Source: the human T2T-CHM13v2.0 reference genome, Homo sapiens. Taken from it: a stretch of DNA of 64,000 bases. Of the stretch, positions 40,989 to 54,618 are shown piece after piece (positions within the stretch are counted from its first letter, which is position 1; every line of letters starts with the position of its first letter). Location: NCBI RefSeq assembly GCF_009914755.1, contig NC_060931.1; one strand, written 5' to 3'. A program made the position numbers and the translations under genes. The notes beneath the pieces were generated by a model. It was not told the DNA's origin and made no database searches. It was given only the letters and a program-made list of their open reading frames with translations.

Positions 40989-43094
40989 ATCGTTTATAAT
41001 TTTTAAAAGGTCTGTAGAATAATAACAGTAACACCTAATTCCATCTGCTGAATGCCTAGCACACTAGGTTCTGTGCGCATAGGTATAGTACATGTCTCCT
41101 CTCATCCACAGAACTATGTGCTCAACCACCCTGAGCCTCTTAAACCATTTCCAAGATATTCCTGTTTTTAATTTCTTCGTGTCTAGTGTCAAGGTGTAAT
41201 CTTTGATCTAAATAGCTTGCTTTTCCTTCTCTCTGTTAACCTCTTCATCCTCCATGACTTAGCTTATATTACCAGAGTCTGCATGGTGGCTGTATTCTCA
41301 GTAAGATCATTGGGAAAATAGTCTGATACTAATGAAATATTTGAATGAAGAAAAAACATCATGTTCTATCCCAACATAACGTCTTTTAGTTCCATACCCT
41401 CCAGCTCTTTTCCTCATGCATGTGTATTCTTATAAAACCACTTGTACTATTTTGTATTCTGCTTTTCTCTTACACAGCATATTTTTTCATATTTCCATAT
41501 AATTTTCATAATTATCATTTTCATCATAAAAGCAATGTTAACCCATTACAGAAAATAAATCAACCATAATTACTATCTTGATGACACTTAACTGCTTTTT
41601 TTCCCCTAAGTACTCATGTTACAATTTAAGGTAAAGGGTGGGGGTATTTAGCTGAGGAAGCCTAGACTGTCACTTTTAATTTTGATAATGTTACTTTTTC
41701 ACAAGAGTTCCTTCAGATTCACTTACCCTCTCTGATCTTTCATTATCTCACCTGTAGAATAGTGTTGAGCTTGATCATCTGTAAGATTATCTCAAAAGTC
41801 CTGTTAAGCTGTAACTAGTCTGTGACTCTATGATACTCTGAATGTTATAATCCTCTCTAATGTTGGTAATTCTTCACCTTTTTGTGTCATATACCCCACT
41901 GAGAATGCGGTGAAAGTTTTGAATCCTCCTCCATTTAAAATTGCCACTCTGCACAAACACATATAATGTTTCATGCAATACCATCTGGGGATCAAGAATC
42001 TTTTGCCCTAAGCACAGGAAAGAAAAATTTATGGAAATGACATAGAATTCAGAAAGTATTCCCCACCTAACAGGTGGGAGAAATTATGTGGCTTATTTTA
42101 CTCTAATATTATGCAACCAAGAAAGTAGAAAATTGGAAGATATTCTGAAAAGCATGTATAAAACACATTGCAAGGTTACATAAAATAGTGACAAAAATGA
42201 GTTCAATATATCTGGATCTGATCTGATTATTTAGTTTAGGAGAATCGCTGTTGTCAAAGATGGTGACTCTGGAAATGCTAAACTCAGGCTTCTAGAATGA
42301 GAAGGGGAAAATGGGCAAGGTCACGATGGTCTAGCTGCTTTTTAAAAATATGTATTAAGGGATTGAATATGTTTCCTAGCTTCACTGTATATTATTAGAA
42401 AATCTATCTGTGAAATTGGTTGTTCGAGATTTCGTTTTCTGTGCGTAAGTGGCTGTTCAGATGCTTACATGCTGTCTTAATACCGAAGATGCCATCCTTT
42501 TTTCCAGGGCCCTCTTCTTACATGGGAAGATAGTGGATCCTACTTTAAAATGCGATTATAGTGGGGAAATAATATAATGTTGAATGTGAGCCATTGAACA
42601 CAAATTGCATTTTATGGCTATAGTTAAATGGCTCAGGATTGTTCTGCTGAGTTAAGGGAGGTGGGAGGAAGTAGTTTTAGGAAAAAAATATGAAGCATCT
42701 TACTTTTAAAAAAATGCAGATTGTGTTTGCTTTGTGATTTTGATGTTTAAAGGAGTGTCATGAGTATGCTTCAGCTTTGGAAGTGTCCAGGTTGAGATGA
42801 GAGAGAGGAATGTTAGACAGCCCTTTTCCTGAGGGATTCTGAAGTCAAAACTACTTGGTGGATTCTTCTGAGAGAGGCCTATGCCGTGGAATCCCAAGTT
42901 GGATTAAATTATGGTGAAAAAAGGACAATAATCCCACAGTGGGATATCTTCCATTGTCCGTGCAAAACCCTTCTATATTAACATTCTTGCAATACTGCAG
43001 GACTGGATAAAGACAAGGTATTCGTATATCTGGATTCACCTAAATATGTGTTTGTTCAGTGACCCCATTGGCTCCTCGTCAGCCCTGAGTGCTA

Positions 43095-43320
43095 TTCATA
43101 TGACAAATACTGTGTGGGTGCTTCTGTGTTTATAAACTCATTTAATCCCCTTAACACGCCTATGAGATAGTTACCTTACTATTATTATCCCTCATTTTTA
43201 AACAGATAAGGAGACTATCTTAAAATTTTTAACACAATTTGCTTAAGTTGACACAAGTAAATGGGAAAACGGAGCTTTGAACTCAGGATGTCGAGCTGCA
43301 GAACCTGCTTTCTTATCCAG
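43095..43320 (-). mobile_element. MIR
   Basis: aactcatttaatcc...cctatgagatag..actattattatccc.cattt..acagataaggagac. Confidence 0.75.
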
Positions 43321-43493
43321 AGGGGTTGAAGAAGGATCACATTAATGGTTGCTTTTATTTTTTGTTCAGTTGGGGGAATTTTGAATTGCTAGACTATTTA
43401 GGAAAACATCTTTATTGGGATTATTAGTAAGTGTGATCCAGGCAGAAAGTCATGAAGCTAATATGAAATAATGAAATCAGTGCATAGTTTATT

Positions 43494-43786
43494 TATTTTA
43501 TTTTTGTTTTTGAGATGGAGTCTCGCTCTGTTGCCCAGGCTGGAGTGCAGTGGCGTGTCTCGGCTCACTGCAACATCTGCCTCCCGAGTTCAAGCGATTC
43601 TCCTGCCTCAGCTTCCTGAGTAGTTAGAGGCACGTGCCACCATGCCCGGCTAATTTTTGTATTTTTAATAGAGATGGGGTTTCACCATGTTGGCCAGAGT
43701 GGTGTCGAATTCCAGACCGCAAGTGATTCTCCCACCTCTGCTTCCCAAAGTGCTGGGATTACAGGCATGAGCCACTGTGCCCGGCC
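43494..43786 (-). mobile_element. AluSx/Sz-like
   Basis: Perfect TSD CATAGTTTATT at 43483-43493 and 43787-43797. Confidence 0.95.
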
Positions 43787-43799
43787 CATAGTTTATTCC

Positions 43800-43970
43800 T
43801 TGAATTGAATGGTTACTTATTGAATGCTTATGATATCCCAGGCCCTAGGGACAGAAAGATGATTAAAGGCTAGGTCTCAATCCCTGAGGAGCTCTCTGTC
43901 TGGGAGAAGCAGATATACAAATCAACAGGTACACAGAGTCACATATACAGATGCCATGAGGGCACTGGGG
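43800..43970 (-). mobile_element. L2 3' end
   Basis: acttattgaatgctta...ccaggccctagggacag...ccctgaggagctc. Confidence 0.6.
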
Positions 43971-44435
43971 ATGAACACGTGTTCTTTGTTTCACTTATAT
44001 TTCGAGAATGCATATATATTTTTGATAAGTAAAATAGACACATGCTATATAGTTATACACTGAAAGTGTGTATGTGTACATCATAGTTTCATTAATTTTT
44101 CTTGCCAGACAACCAGATGATTCTTTATTAATCTTTGAAGTTTAATAACCTTACTAAGATATAGCTCTTCCCCCTGCCCCCCAGAGATACAGCATGCCTT
44201 TTTAGTCTGTAGACTACAGAGGACAAAGATCATGTTATTCATAAGGGGAAATCAAGAATTCAAGTGCTTTGGCAGTTTCAAGTGCTTAAGGAAAAAAATG
44301 CTGAAATTTTGAGGTGTCTCTAGAGGGTAAAGAGGAATAAGGAGAGGGACCACTATCATGTGGACAGAGTAGACAGTTTTAAATGTGATGAATTTTTTTG
44401 GATTTAGGGATTGCTCCCCATGCCAAAAAACCCCT

Positions 44436-44632
44436 ACGGGCACACCTCCTAGCCCAGCTAATTTAAAACAAACAAACAAACCAACAAAAGAATTTTTTTT
44501 TTTTTTTTTTTGTTAGAGATGGTATCTCACTTTGTTGCCCAGACTGGTCTTGAACTACTGGCTTCAAGCAGTCCTCCTGCCTTTATCTCCCGAAGTTTTG
44601 GGATTACAAGGATGAGCCACTGCACCTGTCCA
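44436..44632 (-). mobile_element. Truncated AluJ/FLAM_C
   Basis: Left monomer (tagagatgg..tctcactttgttgcccag...gagccactgcacct) plus linker remnant. Confidence 0.85.
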
Positions 44633-44734
44633 GAATCCTTTTTCTCATGGAATATTAAACTAAGATATTATTTCTCTGAGCAGTCATCTTTTAAAACTCA
44701 AGTGGATCTGGGAGAGGCTACTAAATGATGATGA

Positions 44735-44985
44735 GATGATGATGGTAACATTATGATGTTTTAAAATAGTACATAGCTGCACTGTGTCTCAGGCACAGAT
44801 CTACAGTGGCTTTCCAAGTACAAGTATTATCTCACTTAAAAACAGCTGTCCTATGAGTGTCCTCATTTTGCAGATGAAGAGATTTTGGCTTAATAGATTT
44901 ACATAACTTTTTCATGGTTACATGACTAGTAAATGGCAGAGCCAGGATTCAAACCCTGATAGTATGACTCTTACCCCCACTGCAT
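44735..44985 (-). mobile_element. MIR
   Basis: cctcattttgcagatgaaga...ctagtaaatggcagagccaggattcaaaccc. Confidence 0.75.
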
Positions 44986-47577
44986 ATAAAGTTGTCATTA
45001 GATACTTGCCACCTGGAATCATGAATTGACTCCTTTCCTGTATCCTCTATGACAGCAAACTGAGAGAAGGTCCCTGCTTAGTTGGAATTCTGATGGAGGT
45101 TGAGGGAAAAGAAGAAGGAGAAAGGTTATCAGTCCTTGGATGTTGGGGGCGTGGGGGTGGTCAGAGTTTAGGAAGGAGTACAGTAGAAGAAAAGTAAGAT
45201 GGGAAGGCATTGGCCTACTCACCTGCTTTCCAGTTTGGGCTAGAAGCAGTCTCAGGTATGAGAAAAGAACATGAAAGGGCTACAGAAAAGAACTGAGAAG
45301 GAACAGTGTGCAGGTGAGAATTCAGTTTTGACTCTCCACGTCAGCACGAGTTTGGCCAATGATGAAATGGCGTAATGAGTGAAAATCCCTTACTGGCAAA
45401 ATCACCAGAAAGTAAATTCTGTTTTTAGGGGTGCTGTTGTGCTGCTTAGTTCCGTGTAATCAGGCTACTCTCTTGGGACAGCCATTGTAAACACTGCCTT
45501 CCTGATAAGGATATAGCAAGTTGTATAGAGTCAAAGCCAATTTGTTTAACAGAGCCATTCAGAAGACCCTGTCCATTTTTTGTTCTTTTAATGAAGAAAG
45601 TAACGTTTTGAATGTAGTGTTTATGTATAGTGACTATATTGGAATATAATGTGTAATGCTTTCAATAAACCCAGAAACTTTTCCAAAATATTGTCTTGGT
45701 TCATAGGATGTGATATGGAAGGATAGACACCGTCTTAATATTTTCCCCCAACAGAATGTCAATTCTTAGAGTAGGGGTGGGGCAGGAAAGTGGGCTATAA
45801 AATCACTGGCTATAAAATCAACTTTTCCCCTTTGAATCTCAGAATTCAGTGTCTTCTAGGGCAGATCTCTACTCATCATCTCTACCTGATATGACCGCAC
45901 ACGTGAGTGCCTGGCACCTGCTCTTTCTCTTGCTCTGATGACCACTTCCTTTCTGCCCATCTGTTTTGACCTCGCACCATTCTGGAGCTTTTAGGAAAGG
46001 CATTTGTAACAAAGGCAGGACCCAGGTCTCCTGGTTTTCATCTCCGTATTGTTTTCACTATATTATAAAACCTTCTTTACTTAAAAAAAAAAAAAAGTTT
46101 AAATGTAGCCTAGCATGCTTAATGTCCTATCAGGTTGATTTAAAAGGGGCCTTTTATCTGGACAACAGAAAGTTCTGTGTAACAAAAGTATTTCCAAGGC
46201 TTAGGAAATGCTCTTATTTCAAGCAATATTTGATACAACAACATTCTAAGCAAATAAACAGATACATATCACCTTTTGTATTTCTGTTTATCATTATTTG
46301 ACCCATAACACCCAGTTTTACAGCTTGATGGCAAAAAAACAAGATGGCAAATTCACAACCCTGCAGCAAAATTATCATGTGTTCAGCCTATTGATGATAA
46401 GTGAGAGGGCAAACAAACCGATAAATTAAGAATTTAGTATTAACAATAAATCTACTGGGGCTTCAGCCTTCCCTAATTAAGAAGTCTTAGAGGGAGATTA
46501 GCATTCTCTGTTGATGTTTACCTTTGAAATTTTGAACAAAGCATTGTAAGCAGAAGATGCCCTAAGGAGCATTTTTGGAAAAATCCCAACAAGTGCATAG
46601 AGCGACACAGATGAGATGATTCAATTAGCTTGGATAACACTATTTCTTCTAAAGTATCTGAAACAGACTCATGAAACTCATAAAAAGCCTTGTATTTTCT
46701 ACCATATGTGAGAGTTTAAGGGTGCTTAAGAGCCTGCTTTGAAAGGTTTGCTGAATCTCTCGGTAAAAATTATTGCCGGATTATATGGAAAAGAGTCAAT
46801 CTATAGTATTCTCCAATTGTCAGTGTCATCATGGAATTTAGAACTGGAAAGAGACTTTAGAACTCTTCATATCTGACTCTTTACAAAACAGTGAACTGAT
46901 GCGTTGGCTGTTGACTCAGTGAAGTTCCCACGGCTGGCTTTGGCAACAGACCTAGGGCTAGACTATGTTGCCTGGAAGATAAAGAAGCATTCACTGCTCT
47001 TCCCATCCCACTGTATTGCCTGGCTAGTGTTTGATCAGCTTTTCAATGTGCGGTCAAGTTGTTGATTGAGCTAGTAACTTATAAGTGAATTATCTTTATG
47101 ATTGTGTTCATTTCTAACCATGTCCCTGTGCAGTTTACGAACAATACTAATCATAAGCAAATACTTTCACCTGGGCCCAATGATTTTTACCTGTACTGAC
47201 CAAGTGAACAACTTAGGCTGGCTTATGCCAGTGAAGTGGTGCTTCTCCCTCCTGACATGAGACTTCACTGAAGTGACTTGCCAAGAAGAAATGAGAAGAT
47301 GGCACGTGGAGAGTCATGTGGATGCTCTTCTCTGCCTCAAGCTCAGCTCTCACGTGCTTGATCTGTTCTGTCTGTGTCCTTTAATATAAATGTTTAAATG
47401 TTTAAATGTCATTGGGTACTTGGTTATAGGAGGAGGCAGAGCTCTGAGTGGAATCCATGATGGTCCTGAGACCAAAGATATGTATTTTTTTCTTTTCATG
47501 TATGTATGTCTTATATCCCCAATTGAGAATTCTATCACTGTGAGTGATACAGCTTCAGAATCCTGAAGGCTAAGCTA

Positions 47578-47657
47578 TTAGGTTTGAACAATATGAAATT
47601 GCTGGTTTGCAACTATATTATATCTACAAAAGGGCAAGTTCATATAGCTTAACCTAA
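47578..47657. mobile_element. MADE2 mariner MITE (80 bp)
   Basis: TTAGGTTTGAACAATATGAAATTGC...GGCAAGTTCATATAGCTTAACCTAA inverted termini. Confidence 0.8.
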
Positions 47658-47689
47658 AAAGTAAAAATCAAATGACATCAGGTATGTGC

Positions 47690-48330
47690 AAAAATGTCAT
47701 AAATGGCTGGTGAATATATAAGAAGTTCAACATTACTAAGAGCCAAAAATTGAAAATTAAAATAAGAAACCTTTTTTTTACTTCATCAAATAGTAAACCA
47801 ACAATTAGTCCTATACTTTCCTGGTTTGAGCATTGATTAATACAACCAGTAAGTATGCAAATATTTAAACTCAGTGTTTTTCACTGATAGATATTTATAT
47901 CAAGGTGCTAGATTGATATGCATATAAATATTTTTGCACAAATATGTTCACAATTTGTTTATAACAGCAGAAAATGGAAAACAAACTAAATAGCAATAGG
48001 GAACGTAAGTTAATCATGCTGTATCCATATTACGTAGTGTTATATAATTAAAATTACATAATTTATTAAAATGATATTTACCAAGTGTTTTTAATGACAC
48101 TGGAAAACATGTAGAATATAAGAAGTGAATAATTTCCGAATAGTATGTACAATATGATAATTGTGTAAAAAGCTGTAAACATAGAAAAGAACAAGAAAAT
48201 ACACCAAGACATTGATAATGTTTTGACTTTTAAGAAATATTTTTTCCTTGCTGTTTTAATTTTGTTATGCAATTAACATCTATTTTTATATCATGTATAT
48301 ATTAATAATTACATATTTACAAGTGTTGTA
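47690..48330 (+). mobile_element. Old L1M (L1ME/MC-like) 3' region
   Basis: aagttcaac..actaa...atgttcaca..ttgtttataacagca.aaaatggaaaacaaactaaat. Confidence 0.55.
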
Positions 48331-48384
48331 TACCGATTTATAAAGTCAATATGCTCCCTGGCCAAAAGGTTAGCATGTTCACAT

Positions 48385-48470
48385 GAAAACATGCACATAA
48401 TGCGTTTCTAACAAGTTCCCAAATAGTGTTGATGCTATAAGTCTGGGGACCACACTTTGAGAATTACTAA
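48385..48470. mobile_element. MER5A fragment
   Basis: tgcgtttctaacaagttccca...gatgct...ggggaccacactttgagaa. Confidence 0.75.
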
Positions 48471-48754
48471 TGTAGAGAATCACCATATGGGGATATATAT
48501 CCCAGTGAGTAAAACAAGTTCCTGGTGTCAACATGTATCCATTGCTACTCCCCCCTGCCACAGCCTCTGCTTCCAGGGTCAGAAACTCTTACCAATGGTC
48601 GTTGGATTTCTTTAAAACAGGGCTGAGTACCAAGTATAAATGCTGTCTCGAAGTCACCAGGCTGTAACAAATTAAAATTCCTGTCTGTATCCCTTTCACC
48701 TAGCACAGTCCATGACTTAGGAAAAAAATGTTCAGTTGTGTTGGTTGGTTTATG

Positions 48755-48975
48755 GAATGGATTAAGTGGTAAAGAGTACAGTTTTGAAATCATAAAAAAT
48801 GAATTGGAATCTTGGCTCCATAAACTTACCCTGATGTGATGTTGGCCAGATTATGTAACCTCTTGCTCCCCGAGTTTGCTCATCTGTAAAATAACTTCAT
48901 GAGGTTGTTGGGAGAAGTAAATGAGTTAATACACAAGTTTTTGAATAGCACTTAGTAAATGTTAGCAGCTGTTGT
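48755..48975 (+). mobile_element. MIR
   Basis: agtggtaaagag...gaatcttggctcca...ctcatctgtaaaat...ttagtaaatgttagc. Confidence 0.75.
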
Positions 48976-50214
48976 TACTGTCATATAGGATTGCTTGCAT
49001 TTTTAATCTTTTTCAAAAAAGAAGAGTTATTTGAACACCTAGCCAAAAAGAAAAAAAAAAAGATTGCAACAGCAAACACTTTCAAGAGGGGGAAATTATA
49101 GTTTTTGTTTTGTTTTGTTTTTGTTTTTTTAATTTACTAGGGAAACTTGCGGAAAGGACTACAAAGAAAATAGAATTCTCTGAAAGTAATATGGCAGGTT
49201 TTACTGGACATTTCTGCTTTTAGTGGCTCTAACAGTCCCAGGATTTACCAACTAGGAGACCTCTCAAAAGCATATGAAAGTGTCTTAGTCTTGTTTTGAT
49301 TTTTGTAGCCATAAAAAATAAACCACAAAGAAGCATGAAAGTTTTCTCTTTGGCCTCAGTAGAATTCTTTAACCTTGTGACTTTGTCCTTGTCTCTTTGT
49401 GAATGGTGACAATACTCACTCCCTTATAGGTTAGTTGTGAAGATGAGGTGAGGAATTAGCAAGGTGCCAGGCACACAGCTGATTCAGTTTCAATGTTAAT
49501 TCATTTTATTTTTCCTCCCCACTTTGCCTTCTGCTCATCCTGCAGCCCACACTCCCGTCATTTTCAAACGTACAGAAGTGAAAACTGTGTTGTCACTAGG
49601 ATTGGCAAACTTTTTCAAGAAGTGCTGTAAAAGTTCACAGTCTAATAATTTTTCTGATACTCCCACCATTAAAAAAACCTATGCTCTAAGAGTTAATCCA
49701 AATCGTCAAAATATGAAGTCCTCCTTTCTCTTCCAGGACGAGAAGGCTTCATGAATATTTTATGATGGCGTCTCTGTTGAGGGATGAATCCATTCCCCTC
49801 CTAGGAGAGTTCCAGCATGCTGTGGGCTGCCAGGACTTAGCCCAGGAGTGTGGTGTTTTACTGAGGCAAAGGTGACACTGGAAATTGTTTGGTTTGAGGC
49901 GTTCAGTTCAAAAACTTTCTAATCCCAGAAGAGTGAATTAATTTCCTGTGAGGATTAGGAAACAAACTTTATATCTCATATATGCACAGTTGCCATTTAA
50001 TTTTCTTTTTAGGTAATATTTGAAATACTGAGAAAGTTTGTAGTTTTAAGTATATTGGGTAACATTTCTAGATAAGTTGTTTTGCCATCAGCTAACCCAG
50101 CTGGGAGGTGCTTAAGATTGATCAAGCTTTTGCTCATCTGGAGAATGATGATGTCTGTTATACATATGTACAGATCTTTGTTCTCTTTGACATCTGGAAG
50201 GTGGTGGGAAGGAG

Positions 50215-50410
50215 CAAATTCAAAATACAAAGACTGGTTTTAAGCCCCAGTTGTGCCACTTATTAGTTAGGTGATCCCAAACAAGATACTTAACCTCTGC
50301 AATCTCAATTACCACATCATTAAATACAGATATGAATCGCTAGGTAACTACAGTTGTGACCATCAGCTAAGTTAAAATGTGAGAAAATTTCTACAACCAA
50401 TGAAGTCCTA
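50215..50410 (+). mobile_element. MIR
   Basis: agactggtttt..gcccca...gccactta..agtt.ggtga...acttaacctct. Confidence 0.6.
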
Positions 50411-52579
50411 CATAGAGGTAGATAGGACCTCTAGTCCTCTATAGAGGTAGGCTGTTGCTGCTATCTTTATGTTATACTGTTTATGAAAATAAGTTTTCTT
50501 TTCTGTAAAATAAGCATACCTTTATTCCTTAGGGAGGGTTTACACTTTCATTGAACTGGATATTGCATCTAATGAGGATTGCTGTTTTTTTCTCCTTGAT
50601 TTCAGGATTTAACATTTAAATGAAAGTGATCCCTGCCTGCCTTTGGATTGAATTTATCACTGGTTTAGAATAACATGTATGACACAAAATTTAAAAAGCT
50701 GAATAGCTGATTCTTTTTGAATGCAGAGTAGATCATATTTTCAAATGGCTTGTTCTCATTTAAAAAACCCAAGGCGAATAGAATACCTATAAGGATGGTA
50801 GGCTTGGGAATTGAAAGCTCTATGTGTGTCTCCAGATGTGCCCTGTTAACATGGACAAATCGTTTATTTCTTGATCACTAAAACCATCATAGTTTTTGTA
50901 TGTTTAGGATAAAAATAAAAAGGGAGTGTGGTATTTTAAGATCTTTGTGTAGCATAGCATTGTGATGTTAAAGTTTATACTTGGGCTCATTTTAGAAATG
51001 ACCTAATTAAGTCTTCCTTTTTTCTGCATTAATCGCCTTCCTTTGTATTATGATCTTTCCTATAAGGAAGCTAGCAGACTGACCCATCATTTTTCTTTCC
51101 TCAGTGTTAAATAAGAATACATATTTTAAACTTTACCTGTGAATCATATTCCTGTCTCTTTGGTAATTTATTTCCCTACTCTCTCTTTTGGTACTCAAAG
51201 TAGTATATGACTTCTAGATGACTTGCTTTCCTTTCGAAGGACAGATTACTTACTACTAGGAGCTCATGTAAAATCAGTCTTTTAAAAATATGACTTTGTC
51301 CCTCCTAGCTTAGAGATAGAGCTCCATAAAACGAAAGTGAGGATGATATCTGGTAAAGTTCAGATGGAGCTAAAGAATCAAAATCAACTGAACTTTTACC
51401 AGGAGTCCTTAGTGAAGTAATTGATTGCATTCTCCAACGCCCCTCCTTCAATAAGATTTCTGTTATTTGTTTTCTTTTACTTGAATATGGCTTTTAGGAG
51501 GCTTGTATTTAGAGTTTCTGTGCTTATGAAAAAAGAGATAGCTTTATAATTACTATGTAAGAACTATGAAGTGGGAAAGAATACATTGGCAAGACATATT
51601 ACAATTACTTTGTCATGCATCTGGTTATGTTGGCATATTTGTTTAATTAAATTCCCTGCTAATTATAACTGTATGTGCTTGTGTTAATTATTATTTACCT
51701 AACACTGGTAACAGTGTAATTCTTTAAAGGAAAGCAACTCGCTTTCTATTTAAATTAAACTTCAATTTAATATGCTTCCTAAAATAATAATAGTGACATT
51801 TCATTAGAATGGTAGTTGAAAAATCTTTATCTACCTCAGTGGAATTTGGACTGGCTAAAATTTAACAGAGTTGTTTTAATATCAGATTGTAATTAGGGAT
51901 CTTAAAGTTAGAGTAAAATGGTTAACATGGCCAAACCACCAGCTGATGCTGCACATGGTTCATCTGCTGAAGGAAACATTTTCATCCTTTAAGGAAAACC
52001 TTGCCTGCCCTTCCAAACTTCCTGATCACCTACTATAGAAGAGAGAGGGAGGAAATTATACTTGACAATGATTCTCAAAGACCTAATTAGAAGTGGGTCT
52101 AATATATTCTCTGAAGCATTTGTTTAAAAGTCAAATTGCCCAGGTCACTTGGTTATGATCACTCACCCAGATACTTAGTATATGTGTAAGCTTTTTCAGG
52201 GTTGCAAACCTATTCGAGTTAAAATTGAACTCCCAGTGGAGTTGAGTCTTTCCCATTTCATTCACTTCATCCTCTCTGTTTCAAAATTCTTCTACCTCTA
52301 CAGATATCTTCTTCCTCTCACCCTTTGTCAGACGCTAGATATTTTTAAATTTCCCTTACTTATCCTAGTGATAAGCGGGGAACTCTGATTTCCATAGCTG
52401 CTCCTTCTTTTTGCATGCATACTTGCATCTTTTCAGAGAGTTTGACTCTTACCTGGTTTTTTTTTCCTTCAATTTAAAACTACTTCCTCTCTCTGAAATG
52501 CCAATCTAAGAAAATTTGCAATTTCTTCTACCTAGTCACTCTCCCTAATTTACATCAAAAACTTTCTTTTCTATCACAA

Positions 52580-52775
52580 GAGCTGGATCTTTGGCTCCAG
52601 ACAGAAACGAGTTTAAAACATGCCTCTTCAGGTAAGTTGCTAATTTTCTGAGCCTCAGAGTCCTTATTTATAAAATGGGGTGCTCAATGATGACAGCCAT
52701 CTAGGGCTAGACAGAAGGTGAAATGACGTAACATATGTAAAGCATCTAATTCATAGTAGGCTCCAATTAAACAGT
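52580..52775 (+). mobile_element. MIR
   Basis: ctgagcctcag..tcctt.tttataaaatgggg...tgtaaagca...catagtaggctc. Confidence 0.7.
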
Positions 52776-54059
52776 GGCCTTTTATATACACACACACACA
52801 TACACACACACCCCTTATATATGTGATGTTTTATATGTACCATGTACACACCACTGAGTTCCTTTTGTCATATTCTCACACTCTTATTTCAAGAGACAAA
52901 ATATACCAACAAATGAGACAGAAGCTACTAAAAGTGCTTTTCAAGCTTTCTTAGCAGTGAAAAGTCTTTTCAACTGCAATCTTACATGAAAACATATGAA
53001 ACTTATGTGAAACAGAGAAAGGGGTAACTGCTGTCCATGAAATACAAGGTCCTTTTGTGTTCTAAGTCAGACCCTGCAAAATCAGATAGTTCTGAGGTAT
53101 ATAATTTAAAAGCTACTGAACCATTATTTTGAATTCACTCACATTAATGAGTGCCCACTACATGGTAGGAACTGTGCTAGGACTAGACACAAAGACAAGG
53201 CATAGTCCTTCCCGTGAAGGAGTTCATAGTCTGGTAGACAACCTCTTTGAACTCTTAGATTCAGCAATTCTAGATTCGGTTAAAGTAGTTTTAGGGCAAT
53301 ATGCATGGCATAAATGGAATGTGTAAGTACCTAGGGGATAGAAAGTTGTGCTTATCCATGAACTCATCTGAGAAGGCTTTCTTTGGTGATGATTTGAACA
53401 GTTTGAGCCTTGATTGTCAGGAGCGGAAATGAATCCTCGTGTAAACAAAAACCTCTGCAAGACTATCAAGGACTAAGACAGAAGACTAAGAAACCCTGGT
53501 AGGAAACAACAAACATATTGCTTATCACATTTATCCTCTTAAATGGGAAAGACGGAACTAGGAAGCTGGAAATGAGGTAGAAGGAAAGAGAAAGGACCAG
53601 TTGTTTGATGATTTGAAATAAACATTTTTTATTATGAGGAATATAGATTTTTTTAATTAAGAAAAAGTGCAATTCAGAAAGAATGCTATTGTCCATCTTG
53701 AAGTCTTTATTGTCTCCCCCACAACTCTTCCCCAGTGTCAACTGCGAATGGGCAATCAGGCTGCTGTCCAGGAGAGAGAGGCCCTAGGGTATGTAAAATA
53801 CTGCAGAGAAATCTACTGTGTCTACAACAGCAACTGGTTCTCTAGGAACCTAAAAATAGTCAAAACTTCTTTTCAAGTTCAAACTGTCACCAAGATTAGT
53901 TAACGAACCTTAATTGGCAAAATGAAAATGCTGCGTTATTTTTTGAGAAGGATTCTTAGTTATCATATGAAATTTGTATCTGGTTCATAGTAAAGTGTTA
54001 TTTATTAGCCACACTTTAATGAATTCCCTAAAATTTGTTGCTGAATTTAGGAGAGATGT

Positions 54060-54340
54060 TCAGTTCAATTCAACACTCTTTGAGATTGACTATCATGTAT
54101 CAGGCACTGTATTAAGTGCAAGAGTAAAAAGGCATGGCCCTTCTTCTCAGAGAGCCCATGGTCTAGTGAAGGAGTCAGATGAGTAAGTAGATAATTATGA
54201 AATATTGTGGTAAGTGCTATGGAAGAAATCTAAAGAACAGGTTATAGAAAAGAGGATGTCACATCAGAGGCCACGACACTTAAACTGAGTCTTTCAGAAT
54301 GAATGAGAAATTAGGCAGATGAAGACAGAGGGAAGGATGT
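54060..54340 (-). mobile_element. L2 3' end
   Basis: attcaacac...caggcactgtattaagtg...catggcccttcttctca.agagc...gtaagtgctatgg. Confidence 0.65.
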
Positions 54341-54530
54341 CCTATGTGCCGTTAACGTGCAAATCACATACGCTTGGATGTCTGATACTTGGGCCGGTTA
54401 ACTTCTCTGAACATGACTTTCCACATCTTCATTGAGTGTTTATCACAAAACATTGTGAGAATTGCACGTGCAAATGCAGGTAAAGAGGCTACTCAATCCT
54501 GGTGCATAGTCATTTACAAATAAGTTGGTT

Positions 54531-54618
54531 TCCACCATGGCACACGTATGCCTGTGTAACAAACCCACACATTCTGTACTTGTATCCGGAACTTAAAGTA
54601 AAATAAAAAATAAAAATA
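54531..54618 (+). mobile_element. Older L1PA 3' tip
   Basis: caccatggcacacgtat.cct.tgtaacaaacc..cacattctg.ac.tgtatcc.gaacttaaagtaaaat. Confidence 0.85.
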
